NCBI GenBank assembly: GCA_017654855.1
Contig: JAFMPO010000001.1
Coordinates: 1,054,001-1,118,000 of the forward strand
Length of the DNA stretch: 64,000 nucleotides
Direction of reading: 5' to 3'
From: Podospora anserina
Taxonomy: Eukaryota
In this document: in pieces, positions 36,407 through 50,327 of the stretch
How positions within the stretch are numbered: the first letter of the stretch is position 1
Layout: each line of letters begins with the position of its first letter
Notes under the pieces: model-generated
The model's database searches: none
What the model saw: the letters and a program-made list of their open reading frames with translations, nothing else
Told to the model about the DNA's origin: nothing
Position numbers and translations under genes: made by a program

Positions 36407-38554
36407 TCAGTAGCTCATCAAATCTGTTTCATCAAGGTCAGCCAACAGCCATTCTCATAAAGGCAGAAACAACTTACCTCTCCCAAACAATGCCCTCTTT
36501 CCCCAGTCCATGGCCATCAGCACTCTCGTCCTGAAACTGACGCTTTGAGCAAAGTAGATGCTTCTCCATGCATACACCGCCCACAAACCGCCAGCGAACC
36601 GCCACCCATCATTTCCGAGGTCAAAAACCGCCGAGTTACCAATATACGCCAAGCTTCCCAAGTGTTTGTACTCAAATGCTTTGTAAACCGCCGCGTCCAC
36701 GTCGCCGTCCGAAATCTCGTTGGCTCTCAGCCCTGGAGCCGCCCGTGCCAGCTTGTTAAACTTGTGAGCGAGGTACGACCCTTGCTGGTGGGCCCTTTGC
36801 GCCGTCGCTGGCAAGCTGGTCAGTTTGCTGTCGATTGTCTTGAGCAGCTCGCGCAGCTCCCCAAAATCCAGGGTACCGGACCGATCACGGTCGTACTCCT
36901 CGAACAGCTTGTCTAGCCTCTTTAGATGTCCCACCGCCTGAGGAAACCGCTTCTTGACCTGTTCGGCAACATTTCTCCAGTCGGAAAAATGCAGGGAAAG
37001 CTTCTCGGGGTCAGTAACACCGTGCTTCCAGGCGATGCTTCGGAGGAAAGAAATGATGTGGTCGGCGACGTTGTTTTGAACAGTGGCACAGTCCCCAATA
37101 GCATACACGTCTCCAAGAGGCGTGCCGTTCAGTCTTAGATGTGTGTCTGTCTCAAGGGCATGTCTGTTGTTTTGCGCCTTGCCCAGTTTCGCGCTCAAGG
37201 TTTTGCACAAGTCTGCCTGAGAGACACCAGTGGACCATAGACAGAACCCCATGGGGAGCTCTTTCGTGATGACTGTTCCATCCTTTTGCTTTTGCGTAAA
37301 TACGATGCTGTCCTCCTTCACTTCGCTGACCCTCGAGTTGACCAAGACCTCAACTTGATCTCTGGCAAACCTTTCCTCGGCATAGGTCGAAAGTGTCTCG
37401 TCGTATGTGTTGAGAATGTGGTCTCTGCTCTGAATCAGATGAACTGAGATTTCGTTTCTCAGCAACCTTGGGAACAACTGGATCAGGTCTTCATTTAGCA
37501 GATCATACAGCTCCGCCGCGAACTCCACCCCAGTTGGCCCGCCTCCACTGACCACAAACGATAATAACCTCTTGCGATCTTCGTCACTCGTTGTTGGCAG
37601 GCAAGCCAGCTCCAGGTTGCGAATGATCCTGTTGCGGATCTCCCGGGCGTCTCTGATATCCTTCAAAAAATGGCAGTGCTCCAGCCCCTTAACTCCGTGA
37701 GCATTCGTCACCGAACCCACCGCTACCACGAGTTTGTCGTAAGGCACATAGAACCTCTGTTCAACACCATGGCAGTCCACCTGGCTGACTTCGACTAATC
37801 TCGCACTGAAATCGACATCTTCGGCCCTGGCGCGCAGGAACCGGCCCCTAACCCCGTGGATTATCCTCCGTATCGGCTCGACCAAACTCCGCAGTCCTAA
37901 TGTTCCAACAGTGGCTGAGGGCAGCATGGGCGTGAACAGGAAGTAATTGGTAGGACTAACAACGGTGACATGCCAATCCTCAGGATTCAGTTCCTTCAGC
38001 AGCGCCACACCTCCCCACCCACCACCCAAGATCACCAGTCTTGGCTTGTCCTTTTGCCGCTTGCGGTCCTCGTCATCCTCATCGTCGATGAATACTTCCA
38101 AAATGGGAAGGTTCTTGGGCCCACCCCGTCGGGGGTTGAGTGCAAGCTGTGAGATGGTAAGGTCGGACTTGTTGGAGGCGTGGTCGACATAGGTGGTGGC
38201 ATCGTAGACGAAGAAACCAATTACGCCGAGGGAGACGAATAACACGGAAGAGCCAAACCAGGCGGCGAAACGATAGGCGTATTTGAGGGCTTTTGGAGTG
38301 GTTTTGGGTGAGTTTTTGGATGTTGTGGTAGACAATCGACGGAGGTGGGTTAACGTCAGGGGTGGTGTGGTGAAGAAGGTCTTGAAGTCTGGAGCGGTTC
38401 CAGGGATCGTGGTCCGTGAGGAGGGGAGGTTGGAAACGATGCGTTGTTGAGAAGGGGAGACTATTCTAGTTGGGTATGCCGATGTTCTGGCCCGAAAAGG
38501 CAAAGAATGGACCGTCCGAAGCCCGGCGTCTCGAGACAGGCGACGGCTGAGCAT
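36407..38554 (-). CDS. nde1: External alternative NAD(P)H dehydrogenase with EF-hand (NDE1-like)
   Basis: Presequence and TM segment; VILGGGWGG, FTPMLPS, VVSGGGPTGVEFAAEL; EF-hand DRDRSGTLDFGE; LPATAQRAHQQG. A terminal intron gives the ending ..FGRDLMSY*. Confidence 0.9.
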
Positions 38555-40039
38555 GTTGACGTTGCGGTGTAGTTATGGTGTTTGTTAATTTGCTGTTGGT
38601 TGTGAACCCGTCGCGATGTCTTCAATGACGTCAATTCGTAATCGATAAGGAGCTGCTCGACACAAACTGGTGTAAGTGAGAATCTCAAAACCACATCGCT
38701 GGAGCGCAATTGTGTATCGATATTCAGAGGAAAGGTGAGGATTAAGGAGGAGATCGATGTCAGTTGCTCTAATTCAACAGCAGGAAATTGGAGTTGTCAC
38801 GGTGCAGGGAGGGTAGTTTCATCCCACCTCAAGTTCCAGCCCATCAGATACGTCAGTGCCCGTTTCCAGCTTGACAGGTCAGGGGTCTTGACCTGGACCT
38901 GGCGGCGGCGCTTGTAAGTGCTTTTTTTTCTTGTTCACACTGTGCCAGACGGCCGGAAACACTACATTTAAGGCTGTGTCTAAATATGGCACTCTCTGCC
39001 TGCACTGTGCTCTCAGTTCAACCCCTTTTGGAGAGTGTGTCAACCTCAATGAAAGGCAACGTTGACAGAGGTTTTTTGATATGTTCCAAGTGTTGGATTA
39101 TCTACGTCTATTTGTTGAAAACAAAGATTGTAAAACCTGTACTGTATGAAAAGCGGAGTTGCATATCGGATAGGTGTGACTGGAGTGCCCAATCACCTTA
39201 TGTCCGACAGGATGCATGTATGATGCCAGTAGATTATCCCATAGGGATCTGTGAGAGGTGCAAACGCAACATGCTTGAAGCTATTAAGCGCCCCAGACAT
39301 TTAGACTGGCATTATATTCACGCACGGGATGAGAACTTGCATATGCTATCTGGTTCTTCATCAAGATTCTGGTCTGGCTGCGCGCTGATATAAAATCAAT
39401 TTAGTATTCTGTGGTTTGTCCCGGAGACCAACTCATTTGTCAAGACAAACCTACCATCTATTGCTAGGGATCCAGTCTATTGTCCTCGGTTATGCAAAAA
39501 CCAAGATAGGTATCTCTTTAGTACCCACCCACCCCAGAGCCCAGCATGCACTGGCAAATGCTCTCAAGTTGAAGAAGAAAACAGGCCACTCCTCTTCTGG
39601 GAGCTGACATTGTCCTGGGGTTGGGCGTTTGGTCTTGTGGACAATGGTAAGTCGCTCACTTTGACGTGGCTCTCGCCAACAACGACTCCTCATTTGCAGG
39701 TCAGGGACGTCCTAAAACATTTACCCGGAACCTGGTAGAGGCCGTTATCACGGCTACCTAAGGAGCCAACTATATCACTCTTTGAAACAAGCACCAGCTT
39801 TCTGGACCACTCGGAGTCCATCCACTGTTTGGTTCTGTCCCACAGACTTGTTGCGTCATGGCTTCGAGGATCTCAAGAGAACAAAGTACGAGATAGTCTG
39901 AAGAGACCAATTGCCTTGAGATTAAGACCATCTCTCCTACACATGATAATGAAGACCGCATCTATTTCTAGGCTGCCGATACAGAATTGATCACACATGA
40001 TCTGCCCTTCCATGTTGACTGATACATAGCGTGCTCGCT

Positions 40040-40648
40040 TCATAAACCTGGCACCGCAAATTCCACCGGCTCCCTCTGCGCCTCCCACGCCAACCAATCG
40101 CTCCTCGTCGTAGGCAACAGTCCCATCCCATTCACCTTCCAAACGCCCAGCGCAAGCGCCACGATTTGCATGACCACATAGACGAGCTTCACCTGCAGCA
40201 CCTTGCCCTTGTTAGTCTCCGTCTCGAACCGCTCAAACGCCTGGTTCGTGCCGAGTATTCCCATAATAGGGTTCTTGAAAGCCATAACAATCATCATGAT
40301 GCTGAATATTTGGAGCGAGTTGCCGGACATGTACATCATGATAGCGGTCATGGGAAGAGACTTGATCGGGGCGAGGGCAACCTCCCAGGCCTTTTTGAGT
40401 TTGAGGGTGTCCATTTCTTCGGGAGATGGAGGGTCGCGTTTGGGGGCAGTTTTCTTGTCTTTCTGTTACGCAACAGCAGCAGTTAGCCAAGCGCCAGGCA
40501 CAGTAGTTTCGTGAGATGCGGGACGTACTTTGGAGTTTGAGGGTTGCGAAGAGGGATAGCCAGGGGGGTCGGGGATCGACGATTTGGGCTTATATGGTGG
40601 GGGGTTCTTGAGCTCAATCGCCCATGGCGGTAACGTTGTAGCTGGCAT
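40040..40648 (-). CDS. EMC4: ER membrane protein complex subunit 4
   Basis: DPPGY, LKLKKAWEVALAP, MMYMSGNSLQIFSI, MGLLPTTRSDWLAWE. One intron (~40463-40528). Confidence 0.93.
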
Positions 40649-41453
40649 TGTGGTGGGATGATGTCGAGGAGTGCGCGTCGCGATGGTGGTTGATTGACCT
40701 GGAGGCTTGAATGTTGAAGGTGATGTCTAGATTGAATGGCGTCCGTGCTTTAGGATGGATTTCAGGAAGCTTCTTGGCGGACCATGCTTGTTCCCATGTC
40801 AGTGGAACCCCGTTGCTGTTCTGGACCCGCTCCCCCACTCCCCACAGAACCAATTCTCCACATTGGCTTTGACTTGGAATTGGCCCTGGCGCAATTTGAA
40901 TTTCAGGGGCCTCCATTGTTGAACAACTGCCCGAGGAAGATCCACGCAACCACCCGACTCAAGCGGATCGGAACCGACTAAACGCATCTATCGAGCTCCC
41001 GGCAGAGCCGCAAGTTAAAACCGCCACCGACTTTGCGACCGTTGAGCGTCCGACGTTGTGCTGAATCTCGAATTGGATAGCAAGAACGGTAATACCGGTG
41101 GTTCCAAAGTCCGGTACTTTCTGGGGCGCCCGAGCCAGACACCAACGAAACAAAACCAACACCAACTCGGGCTCTTAACAACAATACAAGAATAGTGACG
41201 CGACGAGATCGAAAGCTACAAGCATCCATCTTGCCGGCTTGACTTCCACGCGCGAACCGAACAAGCGATCGCCTTCGAGTCCAGAACTTGCCGAACCCAG
41301 CTTCAGCTTGGCGCGTCTATCATAAAGAGAACGAGAGACACGGAAACGACTACGAAAGCAGAGCATTTCCAGGGCTTGGTGTGAGGGGTCCGCCCCGTTG
41401 TTGTATCAAATTATTTTGTGAGAGAAAAGAAGGAACAATTCGAGACAGCAAAC

Positions 41454-43942
41454 ATGGCGAGCGCACAGGGAGGAGATTCGAAGCTTTTTGCTCGGGTAAG
41501 CACACAATCCCTTGTTTGGCGGTCTTGGTCCGGGTTTGCGGGGGAAGCCATCTCACCCAACCAAGCTGAGCTATACGGATGGCTTCTGGGTGACTGGCCA
41601 AGGGCGACATCGTCGCCTTATCGCATTCCGTGTTGCTACCCTACATTCCTTGCCCCTCACCACCTTTCAGCACATGCCGTTTCTTCTACCCATACCAACC
41701 AGAAACACGACATCATGAACACCAAGCCTTCAAGATGTTCATGGCATATCTTCCTCCGTCCACTTACTTACAAAGACCACAGGGTAAAGTCGCTGAGCTC
41801 CGCCTCGAGTTGAACAGCGGCAGCAAAAAGGACAAGAATTTCACGACGAAAAAGATTGCGCTGAAAAAGATTGTTGCCAATATGACCATGAGCAACAACG
41901 ATATGGTGGCCCTGTTTCCAGATATCATTGGGTGCATGGGCATTCAGAATCTCGAAATCAAAAAGATGTGCTTCTTGTTCTTGGTCAACTATGCGAGAAT
42001 GCGCCCCGAGGTAGCAGTGAAGGCGATTCCTGTTCTGGAACATGTTGGTTGACCCCCTTTCTTCGACCTTCTGGTTGTTGATGTGCTGATGATATGGGCA
42101 GGACATGGAAGACCCTAACCCTCTTGTACGAGCGCTGGCCTTGCGGACAATGTCTTATATCCATGTGCGAGAGTTTGTCGAGGCCACAGTGCCCATTGTT
42201 AAGCAGCTTCTCCGGGATTCTGATCCGTATGTGCGCAAGACGGCTGCGTACACTGTCGCCAAGTTGTATGATCATGACAGGCACATGGTGGAAAAGTCAG
42301 ACTTGATCGACAGGCTAAACGGCCTGCTGAGAGATGACAACCCGACAGTAGTTGCCAGCGCCTTGGCCGGGCTGATGGATATCTGGGAAAGAAGCGACGC
42401 CATCAAACTTACCATTGATTACAGCAATGCGTCCAAAATGGTTGCCATTCTGCCAGATTGCTCAGAGTAAGTCCAGAGTTGTGCACACTCGGGAAGGGAC
42501 GTGCTGACAGATTTGACAGATGGGGCCAAACATACATCTTGGAAGCCCTCATGTCGTATGTTCCACAAGAAGCAGGGGAAGCTACCCTGTTGGCGGAGCG
42601 TATAGCACCTCGACTTTCTCACTCCAACTCGGCAGTTGTCCTCACCTGCATCAGAGTAATTCTCTATCTGATGAACTACATTGCCGACCAAAAACAGATC
42701 TCCGCCCTCTGCAGGAAACTGTCACCACCGCTCGTCACTCTGTTGGCCAAGGGACCCGAGGTTCAGTACCTGGCCTTGAGGAACGCCCTGTTGATCCTAC
42801 AGCGCCGCCCCGAAGTCTTGCGCAACGACATCCGCGTCTTTTTCTGCAAATACAACGATCCCATCTACGTTAAGGTCACCAAGCTCGAGCTCATCTTTAT
42901 GCTGGCCAACGAAAAGAACATTGACGAAGTCCTGACCGAATTGCGAGAGTACGCCACCGAAATCGACGTTCACTTTGTCCGCAAGGCTGTCAGAGCTATC
43001 GGAAAGCTTGCCATCAAGATTGAACCCGCCGCGCGCCGGTGCATCAACCTGCTGCTGGAATTGGTGTCAACAAAGGTGACTTATATCGTCCAAGAAGCCA
43101 CGGTCGTCATCCGCAATATCTTCCGCAAATACCCCAACCAGTACGAGTCCATCATCGGCACCCTGTGCGAGCATCTCGACAGCCTCGACGAACCAGAAGC
43201 CAAGGCGGCCATGGTCTGGGTCATTGGCCAGTACGCCTCCCGCATCGAGAACTCGGACGTGCTGCTGGAAGACTTTTTGGACTCGTTTGCCGAAGAGCCC
43301 GTCGAGGTTCAACTCGCCCTTTTGACCGCTACAGTCAAGCTGTTTATCCAACGGCCGACAAAGGGCCAGGATTTGGTCCCCAAGGTTCTCAAATGGGCCA
43401 CCGAGGAAACAGACAACCCCGACCTGCGAGACAGGGCGTACATGTACTGGAGATTGCTGTCGACAGACATGGAGGCGGCCAAAAGGGTGGTCATGGGCGA
43501 GAAGCCAGCCATCACTGCCGAGAGCGAGAAGCTGGACCCGCAAACCCTCGAGGAGATGTGTCTGAACGTGGGCACCCTGGCTACAGTGTATCTCAAGCCG
43601 GTGCAGACTGTGTTCAGGAATGCGCGGCCCAAGAAGTTGCACGACAGCCCGTGCCTGCAACGTCAGGAGGTGGCCGTTCCTGGTTTGAGGCAGCCGGGGG
43701 ATGACGGGAACAAGAGTTTGAGCGGGTTCGGGTTCGGTAGTGACAAGGCGGTCCAGAGGCAAGGGAATATGAGTGCGGCCGTATCAGACGCGGATGCCTA
43801 CTTTGCGCAGCAACACACCAGACAACAAGATGGATTTGGGGATCAGGGGCATGGAGGCGGGTATGTGGTCAGCCAGTTTGACGCCCAGGTACCAGTCTAC
43901 TCTGCACAGGGGCAGCCAAACAATGCCGACCTTTTGCTGTGA
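41454..43942 (+). CDS. APL1: AP-2 adaptor beta subunit
   Basis: [78 protein letters not shown]. Three introns. The short tail favours AP-2 beta over AP-1 beta. Confidence 0.85.
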
Positions 43943-44135
43943 TTCGAGTACATGTGTCGACAAAGGACAGGTTGTCTGCATGAGAAATGAGCGCAAGATG
44001 ATACATTGCATTAGTTTAATACCATAATTCGTTCTACATTAGATCCTTCACCATAATTGTCGGCCGTAATCCTGTCTATATCCCCACTTCATCAGTTTGT
44101 CGTCGGTGTGCAACCCAAGGGGCCGTGGGAGGTGG

Positions 44136-44858
44136 TTACACATAAGTCGTCTTCTGTCCGCCCCTTTTGTAGCTCCAGAATCTCAACCCGATCAGGCTGC
44201 CGCAAAGCGCAACCCCAACCACGAACATCAAACTTTGGTTCGCGACAGCTTTGTGGCACAGTCCTTGGAGCCTACTGAATGCCAAATCCGGGGATTTTAG
44301 GTCCTCCTCGCGCAGATAACCAGCAAGTGGCTCCGATCCGCCAACATCAATCAAGCCTCCGTTGATGAGACCGGTAAAATACAGGCCTCTGCCGTCGTCA
44401 TCCCCCAATGAGCAGCCATGGGTATCCTTGAGTCCAATCGACCAAGCCTGATGTTCCTCCGCATTAGCACTCCGCCTCGAGGGCGGTACGGGGGGAATGA
44501 ATACTCACGATTCCGGCTGCGATGAACAACAATGCGGCGATACCGTCCAGAGCCATCAGGGCAATCGTTGGGACAATGTCCTCGAGCCATGTCCACCAGA
44601 TGGCGCCGAGGAGGTTGGCCACTGCTACGATGATGGTGAAGGCGGCAACGAAGATGGTGAACTTGGTGGTGGTGGGGGGGTCGCCATATACCTGGCCCTT
44701 GAGGAAGGTGAGGGTCAAAGCCAGGACCGTGATTGATAGGATGAGCTATTCCAGGTTCCGTTGTTAACCACAACACTAAGGACAGGACAGGCCACAGCAT
44801 CATGATAGCATACCTGGAGGGCTCGAAACACGGCCGTAACCACTTTGGACTTGCCCAT
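44136..44858 (-). CDS. MARVEL-domain four-TM membrane protein
   Basis: Spliced product MGKSKVVTAVFRALQ-LILSITVLALTL..ALDGIAALLFIAAGI-AWSIGL..CHKAVANQSLMF. Two introns, four hydrophobic segments. Confidence 0.78.
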
Positions 44859-46059
44859 GGCTGCCGGTTGTGTGTTGCACTTGGATGGATTGGGTACAGT
44901 ACAGGACCTGGGGTGTACACTGGGGATAATTTCTGTCAGTCTGAGAAAGCGGATGAGGAGTTACAGCTTGGGGTCGGGTATTTGATGTGCAGTAAGGGAA
45001 GGCAGGTGCGGGCGGGAGTGTTCTGGACTGCCTGAGCTTCTTTCCTTGGAGGGCGGGAGCGAACAGGCAGCTGTTCAGTAAAAGCTGGAAGCCATGAAGG
45101 ACCTCCCGTCTTTCCCAAATGGTGGTTGAGGTGATGTCTTGGAGGGGTTAGATCCTACTCACGGTGTTGGGTTTCAGGGGGTGATTGTGCAATGGCGTGA
45201 CGAAAAAAAGGTCAATTGACAGAGGAAATACGAGAAAGAAAACCAACAAGGAGGGTTCTTCCCTTATATACTAGCAAATTCAGTAGTGAACCTGGTAAAG
45301 GTAACCACTATCATAGCCGCATCAAGAGTGGGCGAATGCGTGGAACTTGTGTCTTGTGTCACCAGATAACACCACCAAAGAGTCACCATCAAGTTCAACG
45401 TCTGGTCTTCAATCTGATCACAAACGCTTGGCGGATGCCTGCCTTACCCTGAGGCACATGTTTTGATACGGCACTTTTGGCGTTGCACTCATGGATTTCT
45501 TCGTTCATGCCCTCGGACGATGTGGTGTGGTGGTCAGGACCGAGGTCTGACAGCCTTGCTAGACCCCTTATGCTATGGTGTAGATGCCAAGCCACGTTGG
45601 CTACAATCTCAGCTAACCAAATTGGCATCCAAAGGAACTTTCACTGAAAGATTTTGTCTTTCAAAATGCATCTTATGTGGAATTCTCAAAAGCTTCATGT
45701 GCAGGGCTCTCATGGGGAGACGGGACTTCGGTTCTAATATAGATTGGGCGCTCTTGGCCACTGTATGGTTATCATGGCTATCACCAAACAGTTATATAGG
45801 GAGATACACCAGCTAAAAAACACACCCCTGTGAGTATTTAATCCCAAACCACAGACAGTATCGGTTGAAACTGGCTGGCCCTTTTGTACATTTTCCTTGT
45901 CACAAGCAGCCGCCTTGCTTAACCCATCGACCCCAACAAAATTATTCGAAAGCAGCTGGTTGCAAGGAAAAAAAAGGAAAAAAGGAGGAAAGCTGTAAAC
46001 TTGGAACCCTCTGACCGGCCCCCGACACAGATTCATTCAACTATATCATCATCCGTGCT

Positions 46060-49000
46060 TTACACGTCCACGTCCACGTCCATATCTGCAGCATCCCCAG
46101 GAACGGGAACAACCCCATCCTCCCCTTCACCTAGAACCACCTTGCCGCCGCCTTCGTAGGTGACTCTCCGCCACCCAGTCTCCTCCTCAGGGTCCTTGAT
46201 GAGCTCCACTGTGGGGAAATAATGCTCGTTCTTCTTCATGGTAACCATCCACGGCACACTATCAAAAGTCACTGCCCTCATGCGGAAATCTGCGAAACTT
46301 GTCAGAATGTGGTAAGAAGGGCGGTGCGTACTAGAAATAAACTTACAGGTATTGTCGGGAATCCTAACAACCGCAGCCAAGAAGCTCTCCAGGTCCGGAG
46401 TCGGCTTGTTGTTGACATGTGTAATGAAGTTGGTCGGCGCCAACCCATACTGATACGCGGGGGATCCACGAGTCCGGGCAGAGACATAGACCTCGCTGAA
46501 TAGTTCGCTGATTTGTTGTCTGACGGCATGGTGTGGTCTGTGAATGATAGCACCGCAAAAGGAGATTGCCCGGTGCGTCTCGACGTCATCAGCCGCGACG
46601 GTGGGTAGTTTCAACTTCAACTCCTGGCGCTCGCGCACAATCACGGCATCCAGAAACTCGTTGGCGTACATGACATCGAGATCAGATATTCTGGTGATCA
46701 TACTGCCGTTCAGGGTCAAAATTATGTCGCCCTCAAGCAGAGCCGGGGCCTCTTTCTCCTCCACACGCTCACAGGTGCACTTGGTGACCATGAAGAGCTG
46801 GTGATGGGCAGTATTGGCCACAGAGACCTTCTCGATCCATTCCTCAGAGACACCCATTAGGCGCGCCTGAAGCATCTGGACAGCGCGGAGCTCGACTGGC
46901 AACATGCGCAGCTTGGGGACGATGCCATCCTGAATCTGCTTGAGGACGGGCAGCAGAGTAGGAGTGGCAAGGCCGAGATGGTACTCCTCATCTCTGTGGG
47001 TGGAATGAGAACGCTCTCCCAGATATGTCAACCACAGGGCCTGAACGGTACCGTCCTGCGCAACCAAGACTCCGCTGCCGCACTGTCCACTGAGACTGGT
47101 GTCGACAGTGATAGCGTCGAAATTGACAGCACGATAACGGGGCGCCCCGGAGTTTGCCGGAATCGTCACAGCAAAACTCTCGGTGACCGTGGTGGCCGCG
47201 TGAACGATTCGGCCGATTCTGTTGTAGCCGATGAAGTAAGTTGAGGCACCTTGGCTGATCTGCTCGTTACCCAGTTTGGCGCTAAGAACCGGCGCTTCAA
47301 CCAGCTTAGGATCATACTGAATGATGGCGTAGTTTTGCAGAGGGTGGAGAAAGACCACCTTGCCCTCCACCACAATGGAATCGGCGATAGTGATGCTGAT
47401 ATCGCAGAGATCGTACGGAACGATGGCTCTGGAGATCACCACGAGGCCCTTCTCTGCATCCACGACCAGGCCCATTCCCCACTTCCGGTTCTTCGGGAAG
47501 CCGTCCAGCTTGACCGGAAGAGTGCATTGAACATGAACAAAGCTTCTAACGAGATCTGCCACGGCAGGGTGAGATGTGTGCTCCAGCTGAATGAATCTGG
47601 CCTTGGTGGGGACCGGAGGGATTGGGGGAAGGGGGTCCGCGAGGTTGGTGAAGTCCCAAAGTCCAGTTTTGTCGTTTCTGACTGCCAGCTTCATCTTCTT
47701 GGCCCAGTGGCGGTCGACGAAGATAATGGTGGTGTTCAAAGTGTGCAGATCTCGCAGATGTTTATATGTGACAACAACCCTAGACTTATCCGGAATCCCC
47801 TTCAAAACGTCAATGAAGGTATCGAGGTCGGGTGTCTTCTTATGGTCCACAGTCTGGATTAGCCACCCGCATTCAGAGCTCTCAAAGCGCCAAGAACCAC
47901 CGGCTTCGCAGACGTAGACACCCTTGCAGGCCACACCGTACAGACGGGCTTGCTGGTACGACAACTCGTGAAAGCTACCGCCCGCAACCGAGACGAATCG
48001 ATCAGGCGTAATCTTATGCAGATCACCGACCTCCACCTCGACTTCGACCTCATCGCCGCCACGCAGCACCAGAAGCTTGACAGTACCTCCAACACTGGAG
48101 TCCAGAATATCATCCAGGCGAATGAACTGAGTCAGCATTTCACCGTTGACTTTGATCAGCACATCGCCTTCCTCGATCTTCTTGTGCGAGGGACCCCCAG
48201 GGAGAATAATTTCGGCAACCAACATGTTGGTCTCCTTGGGGAACTTTTCGCGGACTTGAGCCTCCCACTCAGGGGTCAGGCCCAATCTCCGGCATTCGTC
48301 GAACGGCTTAAGAACGAACTGAGTTTGGATATCTCCGCGGGTGATGGGATTTCCTTCTTGCAGACACTTGAGCGCGCGGAGAGGGCGGTCTAATGGGAGG
48401 AAGTAATCTGTGGAAGCACCGTCGCTTCTCCCTCCAGCTTGAAGCGCCACGGCATATCCATCGATGTCTACCACGGGACTGCCCGAAGAACCACCGCTGG
48501 CTGCGGCGCTAGCCTGGTAGTAACATGTGTTGAAGTCGCTGTACCCTTCACCATATTCGGGAGCATTCCGGTCCAGTCTGCTGATCACACCCGAGAGGAT
48601 ACTGAGCTTTTCTCCAGCATCGTTGCCGACCACTCTAATCTCAATGCCCACCTTTGCCAGATCTGGCCGAAGCTGGAGGGCCTCAACAGGCATGTATTTG
48701 ATGGCTTTGGGGTCGAATTTCAGGATGCCGAAGTCGTGGACCGGATCGCGATAGACGGGGTAGGCGTCAACCTCCTCGTGGTTATCAAACACGCAGTAAC
48801 CCCAGAAGGGTCCTGACCCAACAACGTGACGATTTGTCAAGATGTACCTATGATGAGTGTGGAAATCAGCACATATTCACACGCTTACACCCAAGCGTAA
48901 TAACTGACCCTCTCTCCGCATCTACCACGAACCCCGTGGCCTCGCTGGTCAAGGCGGGGTCTGTATCGAAGCTACATGTCTGGCAAAAGCGGATTGAGAC

Positions 49001-49261
49001 GACATTTCGTACCACCCGCTGGATGGTTTCTTGCCATTCGGCGGTATCAGGACCAGCTGGGAGGAGGGCAGCCAGCTTGTCGTCAGGCTCTTCGTATTCG
49101 GGCTCGATGAAGCTGTCGTCGGGTCTGTCGGGGGTGTTCTCGCCGCCCGAAGTATCCAGATCCCCATTGGCGCGATGATGCTTGGGGTGGCGGGCATCCA
49201 GTGCATGGGGTGGCTCTTTGCGCTTGGTACGAACTGACGGGGTCAGGTTGGAACCGTTCAT
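46060..49261 (-). CDS. NMA111: HtrA-family serine protease Nma111/Ynm3 (possible upstream start at 49582)
   Basis: Basic N-terminal NLS (KRK..KHHR), [28 protein letters not shown], catalytic GGSSGSPV, duplicated protease and PDZ modules. Introns ~48845-48908 and ~46290-46347. Confidence 0.95.
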
Positions 49262-50327
49262 CGTGGCGGTGATGGGGTTGACGGTAGATGGATGTGGTGG
49301 TGATGGTAGTGATGATGACACAGTTGTGGAAAATCGCTGGGCGGTCGTACGTAGAAAGAAGAGGTGATTGTTGAACTTTTTGCCTGGTAGATTCAAGGCT
49401 CTGAAGGGGAATGGGTGATTATGATAGTTGGTAAATAAAGTGGAATGAGTGTGTTGACGAGGTGAACGGGAAGCTACTGTTTGGTAGCTGATTGTGAGTC
49501 TGGCTGGTGTAACCAAGCTCTGTTTACTGGATCTGTTGGCAGAAACACCTGAGCGCGTGCCGAAAAAGAGAGCTGGCCGCATTCACAGCCTGGAAGAAAA
49601 TACCGAGAAGTGTTGGTTGTTGAGAAAAAGAGGCCCAGCTAAGAATGGGATTGCTCTGTCAATTCACACTCGCGACGAATTCTTGCGTTGCCTTGCAGCA
49701 ACCTGCAGGGCCACAGAGGCAAGGCGCATATGCCGATTGGCGGGGTGGAGTGAGCCTACCACCAGGAGCTTATCTAATCAAACTCCATCCAATTTCATCA
49801 TTCAGCGCATCCAAATATTTCAAACACTACTAACACAACACATAGGTAAATCGCAGAGGAGACGGCATGCTTCTTGAAACACATAGACTCTATAACAACG
49901 CAATCTTTTTTTTCACTCCCCCCCGACTCCCAGTGTATCTTTGACCCGTCACAAGACATGTTTCATGGTAAGGTTTCAAGCAAACATTTATGAGACTTCG
50001 TAGACATCCCAAGTGCCCAACGTTCAGGGGGGTAGGAAAAGCGTTTTCAGCTGAGTCAGCGGTGCTGATTGATTTACCAACTGGCACTTGATGGGAAATT
50101 GCCTCGGAAGCTCTCACCGTCTTGTAGGCTCGAGGTATGGACACGTATAGAAATTCTCCTCTTATGTTTGAGGGCAGCCAGTTGGAGATACGGTATGTAT
50201 GATCATGGCAAATTGATTAGCAGGCGAATTTGGTTCACAAGAACAATTTGATCCACAAGAACAAGAAACCAGCAGGCAATGCTGCATTATGTATTCACAC
50301 CAACTAGCAACCACAATACCCGCCTTC

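Noticed and set aside
38986-39760. 135-aa ORF and a GTAAGT..CAG pair in the NDE1-EMC4 spacer
   Set aside because: No codon bias, no clear branch site and no coherent gene model.
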